Assembly (NCBI GenBank): GCA_964527285.1
Contig: CAZGNQ010000002.1
Coordinates: forward strand, 1-35,847
DNA from: an uncultured Hyphomicrobiales bacterium
GTDB taxonomy: Bacteria > Pseudomonadota > Alphaproteobacteria > Rhizobiales > CAZGNQ01
Direction: 5' to 3'
DNA: 35,847 nt
The position numbers and the translations under genes were made by a program. Under the pieces are notes generated by a model. That model was not told where the DNA came from. It saw only the letters and a list, made by a program, of their open reading frames with translations, and made no database searches. Position 1 is the stretch's first letter, and each line of letters starts with the position of its first letter. This document shows, piece after piece, positions 15,878 to 26,535 of this stretch.

Positions 15878-18427
15878 GTGCACACCGATCCTGACGCCAC
15901 CACGCCATCCGCCGAACACGAGGTCACGCCGACCTTGCCAGGCCGCAACAACGGCAACGACGGCGGAACGCTTGGCACAGTTCTGTTCACCGATATCGAC
16001 GAGGATCGTCTTCGGCTGATCGCCGAAGTGCTCGCAGCGATCATTGAAGCGCCCGCAACAGTCTGCCTGAGCGGCGATCTCGGCGCCGGAAAAACGACGT
16101 TTGCACGCGCTTTCATACGGGCGGCGGCGGACGATGCCGCGCTTGACGTGCCGAGCCCGACCTTCACGCTGGTGCAGAGCTACGCCGGCACCCGCTTCGC
16201 CCTGGCGCATGCCGATCTCTACCGCCTGACATCGGCGGACGAGATCGATGACCTGGGGCTTGAGGATGTGTTTTCCTCCGGGGTGGCGCTGATCGAATGG
16301 CCGGGCCTCGCCGATGCCGCGCTGCCGGCCACACGCTTTGAAATCGCAATCACGCCCGCGCAAAACGCCGACAGGCGAAATGTGGAAATCGTCGGCCTGC
16401 GCGCGCAAGGCCGCCTGCCGGTTCGCGCCTGCCCTGTTGGCCTCATTGAGCGGCTCAGACTGATCGAAGGGTTTTTGAGCCGGACCGGATGGTCGAACGC
16501 GCGTGTCCGATACCTGAAGGGTGACGCCTCGCCGCGCGGGTATGCCCGGCTAACGGCGCCGGACGGACAGACCGCCATCCTGATGAATGCGCCGCGCCAG
16601 CCAGATGGCCCGCCAATCCGCGATGGCAAGCCGTACAGCGCAATCGCCCACCTGGCCGAGGATGTCCGCCCCTATCTGGCCGTGCGTCACGGCCTGACCA
16701 TGGCAGGGTTGCGCGTGCCGGGGCTCGTCGCCTCCGATGTCGATGCCGGCCTGCTCATCGTGGAAGACCTCGGCGACCACGTCGCGGCGGAGGCGATGCG
16801 CAGTGGCACGCTGGTAACGGAGATTTATACACACGCAGTGGACGCTCTCGTTCATCTGCGACGCCATACCATGCCAGCGGTACTGCCACTTGGCGTGACC
16901 GACGCCACGGAGCCTTCGCCAGTCGCGTCCCGCCTACCGGACGGCTCCGTCGAGACCACCCAGGCGCACACCCACTACATTCCGCCCCGCTACGACCTTG
17001 ATGCGCTGATGATCGAGGTGGAGCTTTTCACGGACTGGTTCCTGGCGCGGGCGCGGCCGGACCTGTCTGACCTCGAGGTCAATGCTGCGCGCGCATCGTT
17101 CCGCACGCTCTGGCAGCGCCATCTGATGACGCTGGCCCCGTCCGATCACTGGGTGATCCGCGATTTTCACTCTCCGAACCTGATGATCCTCCCTGCGGCG
17201 GCCGGAGCACCAGAAAACGGCCCACTGCTCACGGAGTCCGGGTCCGCCACCACGGTCGCGCCAACGCTCGGCATACTCGATTTTCAGGACGCCCTGCGCG
17301 GCAGTCCGGCCTACGACCTGGTGTCCATTCTCCAGGACGCTCGGGTCGACATCAGCGAACGGGAGGAAAACGAGCTTTTCGCGATGTACCTCGACCGGGC
17401 CGACCCTGAGTGGCGCAAGGCAGGAGCGGGCCTTTCGAGCGTCATTCACCTGCGGCGCGAATATGCCATCCTCGGTGCGCAGCGCGCTACGAAGATCCTT
17501 GGCATTTTCTCCCGCCTGTCGCAGCGCGATGGCAAGCACGCTTATCTGGATCACATGCCGCGCGTGCACGGCTACCTGCGCCGCAACCTGCGCCATCCCG
17601 TGCTGGCCGACCTCAAGGACTGGTACGATCACTATGTCCCGGACGTGCCCGAACAGGGACGGAGCGCCCCGTCCGACGATCAAAGCACGACCGAAGCCGA
17701 CCATCCCACAACGGCGATGATCCTGTGTGCCGGGCTTGGGACCCGGATGCGGCCGATCACGCTCACCACGCCAAAGCCGCTTGTGAAAGTCGGCGGCCGA
17801 TCCATGCTGGACCACATTCTCGACCGCTTTTCGGATGCGGGCGTGAACACCTGCGTGGTCAACGCGCATTACCTCGCCGAGCAGATTGACGCCCACGCCG
17901 CCAGCCGCTTGAACCCCATGATCCGCGTCAGCGATGAGCGCCGCACCGTTCTGGATACGGGCGGCGGCGTGTTGAATGCGATCAACATGCTGGGCTCCGG
18001 GCCCTTTTACATCCAGAACGCCGACAGCCTCTGGTTCGATGGCGAGGTGCCAACGCTGGAACGCATGGCCGCAGCGTGGGACGCAACGCGGATGGACACG
18101 TTGCTGCTTCTGGTTCCCCGGAACCTCGACACAGGCTATCGCGGCGCGGGTGATTTTCTCCTCGATGAGACCGGCCGCCTCGTCCGCCGTGGTGACCGCC
18201 CCGAGGCGCCGTTCGTGTTCGCGGGTCTTTCCATTGGCACACAGCGCCTCTTCGAGCCGGCGCCAGCGATGCCGTTTTCGCTCAACGCGGTCTGGAATGC
18301 GGCCATCACGCGCGGGCGGGCGTACGGACTGATCCACACCGGAGCCTGGCTGCACATTGGCGATCCTCAAGCCCTGGCCGATGCCGAAATCGCCATTGCG
18401 GGGCTATCGGCAGCGGCGGGCGGTTGA
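15878..18427 (+). CDS. tsaE: Triple fusion: TsaE (t6A ATPase) + AmgK-like anomeric MurNAc/GlcNAc kinase + MurU-like nucleotidyltransferase
   Basis: TsaE: LSGDLGAGKTTFAR, VPSPTFTLVQSY, HADLYRL, LIEWP. APH/AmgK: GDASPRGYAR, EDLG, RDFHSPNL, LDFQDA, YDLVSILQDAR, KILGIFSRL. MurU: AMILCAGLGTRMRPIT..PKPLV, LDTGGG, WLHIGDP. No stop between domains. GTG 15878 follows GAGG. Confidence 0.9.
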   Translation: MHTDPDATTPSAEHEVTPTLPGRNNGNDGGTLGTVLFTDIDEDRLRLIAEVLAAIIEAPATVCLSGDLGAGKTTFARAFIRAAADDAALDVPSPTFTLVQSYAGTRFALAHADLYRLTSADEIDDLGLEDVFSSGVALIEWPGLADAALPATRFEIAITPAQNADRRNVEIVGLRAQGRLPVRACPVGLIERLRLIEGFLSRTGWSNARVRYLKGDASPRGYARLTAPDGQTAILMNAPRQPDGPPIRDGKPYSAIAHLAEDVRPYLAVRHGLTMAGLRVPGLVASDVDAGLLIVEDLGDHVAAEAMRSGTLVTEIYTHAVDALVHLRRHTMPAVLPLGVTDATEPSPVASRLPDGSVETTQAHTHYIPPRYDLDALMIEVELFTDWFLARARPDLSDLEVNAARASFRTLWQRHLMTLAPSDHWVIRDFHSPNLMILPAAAGAPENGPLLTESGSATTVAPTLGILDFQDALRGSPAYDLVSILQDARVDISEREENELFAMYLDRADPEWRKAGAGLSSVIHLRREYAILGAQRATKILGIFSRLSQRDGKHAYLDHMPRVHGYLRRNLRHPVLADLKDWYDHYVPDVPEQGRSAPSDDQSTTEADHPTTAMILCAGLGTRMRPITLTTPKPLVKVGGRSMLDHILDRFSDAGVNTCVVNAHYLAEQIDAHAASRLNPMIRVSDERRTVLDTGGGVLNAINMLGSGPFYIQNADSLWFDGEVPTLERMAAAWDATRMDTLLLLVPRNLDTGYRGAGDFLLDETGRLVRRGDRPEAPFVFAGLSIGTQRLFEPAPAMPFSLNAVWNAAITRGRAYGLIHTGAWLHIGDPQALADAEIAIAGLSAAAGG

Positions 18428-18455
18428 ACGGACGCGGGCCACAGCGGAGCAGACA

Positions 18456-21400
18456 ATGCCGGACCTCCAGGCGCCAGATCGGGACGCCGCACGCGTGTGG
18501 ACTATACCGTTCGGCGCCGACTTCCTGGCCACACTCATCGACGGGCTGCGCACCGACGCTCTGGGTCTGGGGCTGAGCGATCCGGCCGCCGACCCGCTGT
18601 CTCTTGCGAGGGTGACGATTTATCTTCCGACACGGCGCGCCGTCACGGCATTGCGCTCGGCCTGGGTCCGCACCTTCTCAGGTGCGGCGCTGCTGCCGGA
18701 CTTCAGACCGATCGGAGCCCCGGACGAAGAGCCTGACGCCGTCGCGTCTCTCATTGCCGGCCTGCGGAGCCATCCGACCGGTGCGCCTCCAGGCACCCAA
18801 TTGCCTGCAAACCTGTCCGCACCGCCCATCGGCGACGTCGAGCGTCGCATCGTCCTGACGCATCTCGTGCTGAGGTGGGCTGAGACGGCCGGCGCAAACA
18901 CGCTGCGCGGACGCGCCGTGGCGCCCGGTCACGCGATACAGCTCGCGGATGAGCTGATCAGGACGCTCGACGAGGTGGAAACAGAGGGCGCCGACCTGTC
19001 CCGGCTGTCGACACTCGTACGGGAGGAATTTTCTCACCACTGGGCCCTGACGCTCGACTTCCTCAGGGTGATCACCGAATTCTGGCCCGCATACCTCGCG
19101 GCCTCGGGTCAATGCCCACCGGCCGCCTTGCGCAACGCAACGCTGGACGCCGCCGCGCAACGTCTGATCGAGCAACCGCCGGCCAACCCGGTGATCGTGG
19201 CAGGGGTGACCGGCAGCGTCCCTGCCACGCGTCGCTTCATGTGTGCGGTGGCCGGCCTGCCTGCCGGCCGTATTATTCTCCCTGGCGTCGATCAGGCCCT
19301 GCCGCCGCACTTGCAGAAGCTGATCATGGGCACAGTGCCCGAGCATCCGCAGCACTGCCTGTTGCAGCTTCTTTCTGCACTTGAGAAAAGCCCTGAGGAG
19401 GTCCAACCGCTCCGTCCGTCCCTGTCCGCCGACGGCAAACGCCACCAGACCGTGGCCCCTCGCGACACCCAGGCCGGCGATCCCCCCGCGGTCGGCCAAG
19501 CTGCGGACACGCCATCGGACTGGCCATCAGATGCACCCGGGGCCTCGCCCGGTGATGGCCTGCCAACCCTACTGGCCAGCGTGATGGCCCCGGTCGGTGA
19601 GGACCCCGGCTGGGCACGACTGCGCACGCAAGCCACGCCCGGCCTCGCCCAGGCGCTCGACCATGTCTCCCTTCTTGAGGCTGCCGACGCAGAAGAAGAG
19701 GCGCATGCCATCACCCTCGCACTGCGTGAAACGGCGGAGCATCCGGAGCGAACGGCTGCGCTCGTCACGCCCGACAGGCGGCTGGCGCGCCGGGTCGAGG
19801 CGAAGTTGCAGGCACTTGGCCTGGCGGTTGACGACAGTGCCGGCCGTCCACTCGCCAAGACGCCGCCCGGCGCCTTCATGGATCTCGTCATCGGTGCCTT
19901 TGACGCGCATTTTGCTCCCGTTGAGACCATGGCGCTTCTCAAGCACCCGCTTTGCCGTCTTGGGCTCTCAGCCGGGGAGGTGCGGCGGGCGGCGCGTTTG
20001 CTGGAATTGCACGTGCTGCGCGCGGAGTATTTCGGCACCGGCATCGCGGGGCTGCGCAGGGCATGCCTGATGCGTGCGGCCGACGCTGGCGCCCCTGGCA
20101 TCGACACAGGCATCCATCATCCGCAAGGCCATGGCGAAAACAGCGTCGTGGGCGCCAGCAACGATGGCGCGAACGATGAGAGCACGGAGCGCACGTTCTC
20201 ACGCATTCTGGACCTGCTGGACCGGCTTGAGGTCGCGTTCGCGCCGTTGAGCCACCTGCGGTCGGACGGTGCGCCGGCCCAGGGTCCCCAGGCGAGCGGA
20301 CACAGCCCGGCACATCCCCTGCGCGCTTACGTGGCGGCACACTGCGAGGCGGCCATTGCACTCGCGGCAAGCGGTGCCGCCGAGGCAACGACCGAAACAG
20401 CGAGCGAAGCAGCGGCCGGCCCAACGACCGAGCCAACTGTGGGCGCCCACCCAATCAGCGCTGCCCAGCACCCACTGTGCAGCGGTGAAGGCGGACGGGC
20501 CCTGATGGATTTGGTCTCGGCCATCATGGCCCAGGAGATCGCGCAACCTGAGGTGATGCCCGATGCCTACGGCGACGCGTGGCGGGCGCTGGCCACAGGC
20601 GTGACTGTCCGCAACGAAACGCCGGCGCACCCGAGAATTTTCATCTGGGGCCCTTACGAGGCGCGCCTGATGCGGGTGGATCGCTGCATCCTCGGGGGCC
20701 TGAACGATGGCGTCTGGCCTGAGATCGCATCGCCGGACGCCTGGTTGAACCGTCCCATGCGCCGGGCGCTCGGCTTGCCCGCGCCGGAGTTCGAGACCGG
20801 CCTTGCCGCACACGACTTCTGCTCCCTCCTTGGGCAGCCGGAAGTGATCCTCACCCGCGCCCAGAAGATTGACGGATCGCCCACCGTGCGGTCGCGCTGG
20901 TTGATGCGCATGGATGCGGCGTTGAAGGGGCTCGGCCGCCAGAACGGCATCGCGCCACGCGAGGTGCCGCGCTGTCTCGCCTGGGCACGCACCGCGGTGC
21001 GTCCACCGCAACACACACCCCGGCCTGCGCCGGCGCCGCAACCACCCGTGAGGGCGCGGCCACGTCGGATCAGCGTCACCAGGATCGGCGAGTGGATTGC
21101 GAACCCCTACGCCGTGTTTGCATCAGAGATCCTGCGGTTGCGCAAACTGCCTTCCATTCAGCCGGACGCAACGCCGGCCTTGCGCGGCACGCTGCTGCAC
21201 GGCGTCCTCCAACACCATGCCACGCGGTTCGCCGTCTCCGAAGACGACAATCCACCCGACAACGCCGCGGTGCTCGCCATGCTGATGGCGATCGCGCGCG
21301 AAAACCTCGCCGCCCATGGCGCCCATCACCGCATGGAGCAACTTTGGCTGCCACGCCTGGAGCGCTTTCTCTCCTGGTTCCTCTCAGACCAGGGGGCATC

Positions 21401-21953
21401 TGTCGCGATGGGGCACCGGACATGGAGTGAAATCCGGGGCACACTCGTTCTCCCAGCGCCGGCTGGCCCCTTCGAGATCACCGCGCGCGCGGACCGCATT
21501 GATGTGGCCCCGAACGGTGCCGTGCGGATCATCGACTACAAGTCCGGAACCGCGCCATCGCAAAAGAAGGTGCTTGCCCTGCTGGCGCCGCAACTGCCGC
21601 TGGAGGCGCTGATGGTGCTGCGCGGCGCATTTCCCCTCCATGATCTACCGAAGGCAAGTGCGCCCACGGCCCTCCCGGAGTTGTGCATCGGCACATGCGA
21701 ATACATCCGCGCCAAGGGCGGGCTGGACGCCGCGGACCACGTGGTCATCGCCGGGGATAAACTGGGAGGCGCCATCGACGAACTCGGCGAGCGCGTGTCA
21801 GCGCTGGTTGCCCGCTATGATGATCCGCAGACGGCCTACCCGGCTCTGCGACGTGCGGCATTTGCCGACCGCCACCAGTATGACGATTATGCGCAGCTTG
21901 CGCGCGTGGCGGAATGGTCCACCTCCGCCGAGGGAGGCGCAGATGCGGACTGA
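18456..21953 (+). CDS. addB: Double-strand break repair protein AddB
   Basis: VWTIPFGADFL, YLPTRRA, AGVTGSVPAT, ALVTPDRRLARRV, VDDSAGRPL, nuclease ARADRID..IIDYKSG, PQLPLEA, DYAQLARVAEW; SD GGAG at 18446. Confidence 0.95.
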   Translation: MPDLQAPDRDAARVWTIPFGADFLATLIDGLRTDALGLGLSDPAADPLSLARVTIYLPTRRAVTALRSAWVRTFSGAALLPDFRPIGAPDEEPDAVASLIAGLRSHPTGAPPGTQLPANLSAPPIGDVERRIVLTHLVLRWAETAGANTLRGRAVAPGHAIQLADELIRTLDEVETEGADLSRLSTLVREEFSHHWALTLDFLRVITEFWPAYLAASGQCPPAALRNATLDAAAQRLIEQPPANPVIVAGVTGSVPATRRFMCAVAGLPAGRIILPGVDQALPPHLQKLIMGTVPEHPQHCLLQLLSALEKSPEEVQPLRPSLSADGKRHQTVAPRDTQAGDPPAVGQAADTPSDWPSDAPGASPGDGLPTLLASVMAPVGEDPGWARLRTQATPGLAQALDHVSLLEAADAEEEAHAITLALRETAEHPERTAALVTPDRRLARRVEAKLQALGLAVDDSAGRPLAKTPPGAFMDLVIGAFDAHFAPVETMALLKHPLCRLGLSAGEVRRAARLLELHVLRAEYFGTGIAGLRRACLMRAADAGAPGIDTGIHHPQGHGENSVVGASNDGANDESTERTFSRILDLLDRLEVAFAPLSHLRSDGAPAQGPQASGHSPAHPLRAYVAAHCEAAIALAASGAAEATTETASEAAAGPTTEPTVGAHPISAAQHPLCSGEGGRALMDLVSAIMAQEIAQPEVMPDAYGDAWRALATGVTVRNETPAHPRIFIWGPYEARLMRVDRCILGGLNDGVWPEIASPDAWLNRPMRRALGLPAPEFETGLAAHDFCSLLGQPEVILTRAQKIDGSPTVRSRWLMRMDAALKGLGRQNGIAPREVPRCLAWARTAVRPPQHTPRPAPAPQPPVRARPRRISVTRIGEWIANPYAVFASEILRLRKLPSIQPDATPALRGTLLHGVLQHHATRFAVSEDDNPPDNAAVLAMLMAIARENLAAHGAHHRMEQLWLPRLERFLSWFLSDQGASVAMGHRTWSEIRGTLVLPAPAGPFEITARADRIDVAPNGAVRIIDYKSGTAPSQKKVLALLAPQLPLEALMVLRGAFPLHDLPKASAPTALPELCIGTCEYIRAKGGLDAADHVVIAGDKLGGAIDELGERVSALVARYDDPQTAYPALRRAAFADRHQYDDYAQLARVAEWSTSAEGGADAD

Positions 21954-24900
21954 TGGACCTGTTCCTGCCGGGGCGACCGCCGGAGATGAAGGCACGCCCA
22001 CTGCGGCTCTTGCGGTTGCGGAGACGAGCCGCCGACAGCGGGTGGCTGCGGACCCGGCGACCCACGCCTGGGTGAATGCCAACGCCGGCGCTGGCAAGAC
22101 CCACGTTCTCGTCCAGCGGGTGGTACGGATCCTGCTGAACGGCACGGCGCCAGAGAAAATCCTTTGCATCACCTACACCAAGGCCGCAGCCAGCGAGATG
22201 GCAGCCCGGATCTTCAGGACGCTCGCGGGCTGGGCGATTGCCGACGACACTGAACTCTCCGCGATCCTGAGAGACCTGGGGCACACGCAGGCCTCCCCCG
22301 CGCTGCTGGAGCGGGCACGCAGCCTTTTCCTGCGTGCGATCGAAACGCCGGGGGGCCTTAAGATCCAGACCATCCACGCCTTTTGCGAGCGGCTGCTGAA
22401 ACGCTTTCCGCTCGAAGCCGGGATCCCGGCGCACTTCCAGGTGCTGGATGACAGCGAACAGGCCGCGCTGATCGCACAGGCATTCGAGCGCGTGCTGGAG
22501 AATGCCGCCCGCGGTGAGCAGCGCGCGCAGGCCGGCGATGCGGCCGTGCCGACGCTACCGGAGGCGATTGCAACGCTTGGCTTGCACGCAACAGACACGA
22601 CGCTGTTCGACAGCGCCCGCGACCTCGTGCTCGCGCGTGAGCGATGGCCCGACGTGCTTTCGGCGCTGAGGGCAGGTCGGGGAGATGAAATACTCACCCA
22701 TTACAAGCAGGCATTTGATCTCGACAATCTGGATGTCGCAACCACGCAAACGCAGCTCTTGGGCGTCCTGCCACCAGCGGACTTGCGCGCACTGATTGCC
22801 CTGCTGTCGTTTGGAGGAAAAACGGATCAAAAGGCTGCTGCTCAGCTGAACGGCATGGCACACGTTGCAGCAACGCTTGGCGATTCCGCTCCTTCGCACG
22901 CCGCGATGCCGGCCATTGAAGCAGCCATGGCCCAGGCCGCGTCCTTCTTCGTGACCAATGAAGGGACACCGAAAAAGCGGCTGATGACAAAGGCCCTGTG
23001 CGAACAGCGCCCGGACCTGCTGAGCGCGGCAGAGGCCGCGCAAGACGCTTTCATTGCGCTCCAGGACAAGCTCCGGGGGCAGCGCATCGCACAGGCCAGC
23101 CTGGCGCTCTCCATCCTCGCGGCCGAGGTCATCGCGCAGTACGACCAGTTGAAGACAGGGCGCGGGCGTCTGGATTTCACGGACCTGATCGCCGCGACGG
23201 CCCGCCTGCTCGCCCAACCTGCCGACGCACGCTGGGTGCTCTTCAAGTTGGACGAAGGGCTCGATCATGTTCTTCTGGATGAGGCGCAGGATACCGCACC
23301 AGAACAGTGGCGGATCATTGGCGCGCTGGTGGAAGAGATATTCGACAGCACGGCGGAGGGTGATCTGCCGCGCACCCTATTTGCCGTGGGGGACGAAAAA
23401 CAATCGATCTATAGCTTCCAGGGCGCCGAGCCTGAACTCTTCATCACCAATCGTGGTCACTTTGTGCACAAGGCCGAAGCCGCCGGCATGCGATTTTCGG
23501 CAACGCCGCTCGAGGTTTCGTTCCGCAGCGTGCCAGCCGTGTTGCAGGCCGTTGATGCCGTCTTTTCCAGCGCGGATGCGGACATCGGACGCCCAAACGG
23601 TGCACCATCTGTCCACCATGTCGCCAAGCGGGCCGATCAGGGGGGCATTGTCGAGGTCTGGCCGGCCGTGCCCGCACCGGACGCCCCACAGGAGGATATC
23701 TGGGCGCCGGACCTTGGGTCCACCGGTGCTGATGCACCAGACGCCTCGGCAGGTGAGCCAGGCGCAAAGCGGGCTGTGGCGGCCGGCCCCGAGGTCATCG
23801 CTGCCCAACGGGTGGCAGCCACGATCAGCCACTGGCTCACGTCCGGTCGCATGCTGGCGTCCGCGGGACGCCCCGTTCAACCCGGCGACATCCTCATTCT
23901 GCTGGCGCGGCGGGGAAAGATGGCCGGTCCGCTCACCCGCGCGCTTAAGGCCAGCGGCATACCGGTGGCAGGCCTCGATCGCCTCGATGTCCTGTCGCAA
24001 CTCGCGGTTCAGGATTTGCTGGCCGCTTGCCGGTTCATCCTGCTGCCGGAGGACGACCTGTCACTGGCTGAGAGCCTCAAATCTCCCCTGTTTGAGCTGA
24101 ACGACGACGATCTTCTGGCTCTGCGACAACGGGGCCCCGGCTCCCTGTGGCAACAGCTCCTGCGCATGGAGGCCCGTTGCCAGGACGGCCAGTGGTCCGA
24201 CCACACCCAGGCGCAGCGCTTTACGGTGGCGGCCGAGCGCCTGAAGCGGTGGCGGGCCCGCGCGGATTTCCTCCCGCCATTTGAATTTCTCTCCTCCATT
24301 GTTGAAAGCGATGAGACCCGTCAACGCCTCATGCGTCGCCTTGGCCCCGAAGCCAACGAGGCCATCAACGAACTGCTCGCGCTTGCCATGGCCTATGACG
24401 ACCGGGCGGCCCCGTCGCTGCAGGGTTTTCTCGGCGCACTGGAAACGAGCCGTGTGGAAATCAAGCGCGAGATGGATAAGGGCGGCGGTGAGGTCCGCAT
24501 CATGACGGTGCATGGCGCCAAGGGATTGGAGGCGCCCATCGTCATCCTGCCTGACGCCGCAAGGCCCGGTGGCGGCAAAACACCGGCCGTTCATTTTCTT
24601 CCGAAATCAACTGTTCCGACTGACAACGCGGTCAAGACAGAGCACCAGCTTGAAGCGTCCGCACGTCCCGTTCTACCGCTGATGGGCATTAAGTGCGCCA
24701 GCAGTCACAGTGTGGTGGGTGCGGCACGCCTGCCGGCATCGCGTCGCGAGGAGCAAGAAAACCTCCGCCTGCTCTACGTGGCAATGACACGGGCAGAGGA
24801 CGAACTCTACGTCGGTGGCTTCCTGAACCGCAAAAAGTCGGACCAACTGACCTGGCACAACCGGATTGATGCTGCGATTGCCGACAGCGCACAGGCCGTG

Positions 24901-25887
24901 CCGATGGGCGATGCCATCTCTCAAATCTGGGACGCTCAGCCGGATGCACCGGTGTTGCGCTTTGCTCAGGCCCCTACGGGGTCACCGGACCGGTCGCAAG
25001 AAGGCTCAGCCTCCGGCACGGCGGACCGCCCTCTGCCGGAATGGCTACAACGCCGACCGCCGCGACCGCGTGTGCTGCCGGTGCCAGTCGCACCGAGCGC
25101 AATCGTCCCTTACGATCCCGAGCGTGGCGCCGCTGCCTATGAGCCGGAGCAAGGCGCCCGGATCCTCGCGTTTGAGGACCGGGCCGTGGCGCACGTCGCT
25201 GCTCCGCAGGAGGCAACCGATGCCGTGCGGGCCGCTTTCGGGCTCTCACTCGGGGACGGCGCGGACCAGGCGCCGTACGCGACCGGCGCCGCAGCAGCCG
25301 ATAGAGCCGCGACGCAAGGGTCACCCGACGCCAGAACCCGTGGGCTTCTGATCCACGCCCTCCTGCAAACGCTGCCCGACGTCCCGCCGCAGGAGCGCGC
25401 GCACCTGGCAAGAGCGGTGGTGGACGCACGCGCGCCTCAACTGCCTCCAGCGACCCGCGCGACGATTGTGGACCAGGTGCTGCGCGTGATTGATGCGCCC
25501 GAGACAGCCCCCGTTTTCCAGCCCGGCAGCCTGGCCGAAGTTCCAATCGTCTGCCGGTTGACGCTTGACGATGGCACAAACGTGAACGCCGCCCAGCCGC
25601 TTGCCATAGAACTGAGCGGACAGATCGATCGGCTTTGGGTCGGCGACGACACGATCGTTGTTGCCGATTTCAAGTCTGGTTGGCCGCCACGGTCTGGCCA
25701 CCCGCCTGACAGTTATCTGGCTCAGCTTGCCGCCTACCGTCTGGCGCTGGCACAGATCTACCCCGCCCGTCGCATTGCCCTGTGGCTCGTCTGGACGGGC
25801 AACGCGACTGTACAGGTGCTCGGCGATGAGGCCGCCACCCGGGGCGAACAGTTGTTGCGCGAGGCGGCGCTGGCGCGATTGCGCTAG
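21943..25887 (+). CDS. addA: Double-strand break repair helicase/nuclease AddA
   Basis: ANAGAGKTHVL, ITYTKAAASEM, IQTIHAFCE, LDEAQDT, VGDEKQSIYSFQGA, MTVHGAKGLEAP, RLLYVAMTRA, GQIDRL..DFKSG; overlaps the addB stop by 11 nt, SD GGAGG. Confidence 0.96.
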   Translation: MRTDGPVPAGATAGDEGTPTAALAVAETSRRQRVAADPATHAWVNANAGAGKTHVLVQRVVRILLNGTAPEKILCITYTKAAASEMAARIFRTLAGWAIADDTELSAILRDLGHTQASPALLERARSLFLRAIETPGGLKIQTIHAFCERLLKRFPLEAGIPAHFQVLDDSEQAALIAQAFERVLENAARGEQRAQAGDAAVPTLPEAIATLGLHATDTTLFDSARDLVLARERWPDVLSALRAGRGDEILTHYKQAFDLDNLDVATTQTQLLGVLPPADLRALIALLSFGGKTDQKAAAQLNGMAHVAATLGDSAPSHAAMPAIEAAMAQAASFFVTNEGTPKKRLMTKALCEQRPDLLSAAEAAQDAFIALQDKLRGQRIAQASLALSILAAEVIAQYDQLKTGRGRLDFTDLIAATARLLAQPADARWVLFKLDEGLDHVLLDEAQDTAPEQWRIIGALVEEIFDSTAEGDLPRTLFAVGDEKQSIYSFQGAEPELFITNRGHFVHKAEAAGMRFSATPLEVSFRSVPAVLQAVDAVFSSADADIGRPNGAPSVHHVAKRADQGGIVEVWPAVPAPDAPQEDIWAPDLGSTGADAPDASAGEPGAKRAVAAGPEVIAAQRVAATISHWLTSGRMLASAGRPVQPGDILILLARRGKMAGPLTRALKASGIPVAGLDRLDVLSQLAVQDLLAACRFILLPEDDLSLAESLKSPLFELNDDDLLALRQRGPGSLWQQLLRMEARCQDGQWSDHTQAQRFTVAAERLKRWRARADFLPPFEFLSSIVESDETRQRLMRRLGPEANEAINELLALAMAYDDRAAPSLQGFLGALETSRVEIKREMDKGGGEVRIMTVHGAKGLEAPIVILPDAARPGGGKTPAVHFLPKSTVPTDNAVKTEHQLEASARPVLPLMGIKCASSHSVVGAARLPASRREEQENLRLLYVAMTRAEDELYVGGFLNRKKSDQLTWHNRIDAAIADSAQAVPMGDAISQIWDAQPDAPVLRFAQAPTGSPDRSQEGSASGTADRPLPEWLQRRPPRPRVLPVPVAPSAIVPYDPERGAAAYEPEQGARILAFEDRAVAHVAAPQEATDAVRAAFGLSLGDGADQAPYATGAAAADRAATQGSPDARTRGLLIHALLQTLPDVPPQERAHLARAVVDARAPQLPPATRATIVDQVLRVIDAPETAPVFQPGSLAEVPIVCRLTLDDGTNVNAAQPLAIELSGQIDRLWVGDDTIVVADFKSGWPPRSGHPPDSYLAQLAAYRLALAQIYPARRIALWLVWTGNATVQVLGDEAATRGEQLLREAALARLR

Positions 25888-25967
25888 CGCGAGCCAAGGG
25901 CCCTGTACGAGCATGGCGGCAGGGCAGCCGAACACCTGGGCATAGACCAGCACATGAACCGGGCGCA

Positions 25968-25994
25968 TTGACGCACCGAGCGGGCGACCATACT
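25968..25994 (+). promoter_or_regulatory. Candidate promoter upstream of trxA
   Basis: TTGACG (25968-25973) and CATACT (25989-25994); the 15-nt spacer is short for sigma70, so the sigma factor is unclear. Confidence 0.3.
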
Positions 25995-26068
25995 TGTGCG
26001 ACAGCGAAAGGTGCTGGGGCCGCATGTAGCGGCGCCGGCCACAATCGATACCGCCCACGGAGGATCCA

Positions 26069-26392
26069 GTGGCTACCGTAGAAGCAACCGATACGACATT
26101 TGAAGACGCCGTCCTGAAGTCCGACAAGCCTGTCGTTGTGGATTTCTGGGCCGCGTGGTGCGGGCCCTGCAAGGCGATCGCGCCGGCCCTGGAGGAGATC
26201 TCCGAGGAGATGGCGGCAGACGTCACCGTCGCCAAGGTGGACGTCGACAACAACCCGAAGGTTTCGATGGACTATGACGTCCGCGCGATGCCGACGCTGA
26301 TGATCTTCAAAAACGGTGAAAAAATCGGCCAGCATGTCGGCGCCGCGACCAAGTCGCAGATGGCCGACTGGATCAAGCAGACCATCGCTTGA
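26069..26392 (+). CDS. trxA: Thioredoxin
   Basis: VDFWAAWCGPCK, 107 aa, strong SD GGAGG, follows addA. Confidence 0.97.
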   Translation: MATVEATDTTFEDAVLKSDKPVVVDFWAAWCGPCKAIAPALEEISEEMAADVTVAKVDVDNNPKVSMDYDVRAMPTLMIFKNGEKIGQHVGAATKSQMADWIKQTIA

Positions 26393-26404
26393 GGCTATTG
26401 AATT

Positions 26405-26432
26405 GGGTGGGGTGCGGTGGCGTACCCTTCCC
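26405..26432. terminator. Imperfect hairpin between convergent trxA and polA
   Basis: GGGTGGGGTGCG-gtgg-CGTACCCTTCCC, pairing with G-U pairs and one mismatch. Confidence 0.3.
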
Positions 26433-26535
26433 TGCTCCCGACATGCAGATAAAGTTGAGGCCTTCTCGGGACACCGAATCCCAGCCGCCGGACCCTCAAC
26501 GTCTCCCCCTTCGGCATGTCGCAGGCACGGCCTTC

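Noticed and set aside
16934-18370. 478-aa antisense ORF (likewise 27985-29682 +, 33828-35093 -, 4090-5007 - and many shorter ones)
   Set aside because: Shadow ORFs opposite well-supported genes in GC-rich DNA, with no recognisable motifs.
21060-21953. AddB lacks the four-cysteine Fe-S staple of Bacillus AddB
   Set aside because: Normal for the alphaproteobacterial AddB type.
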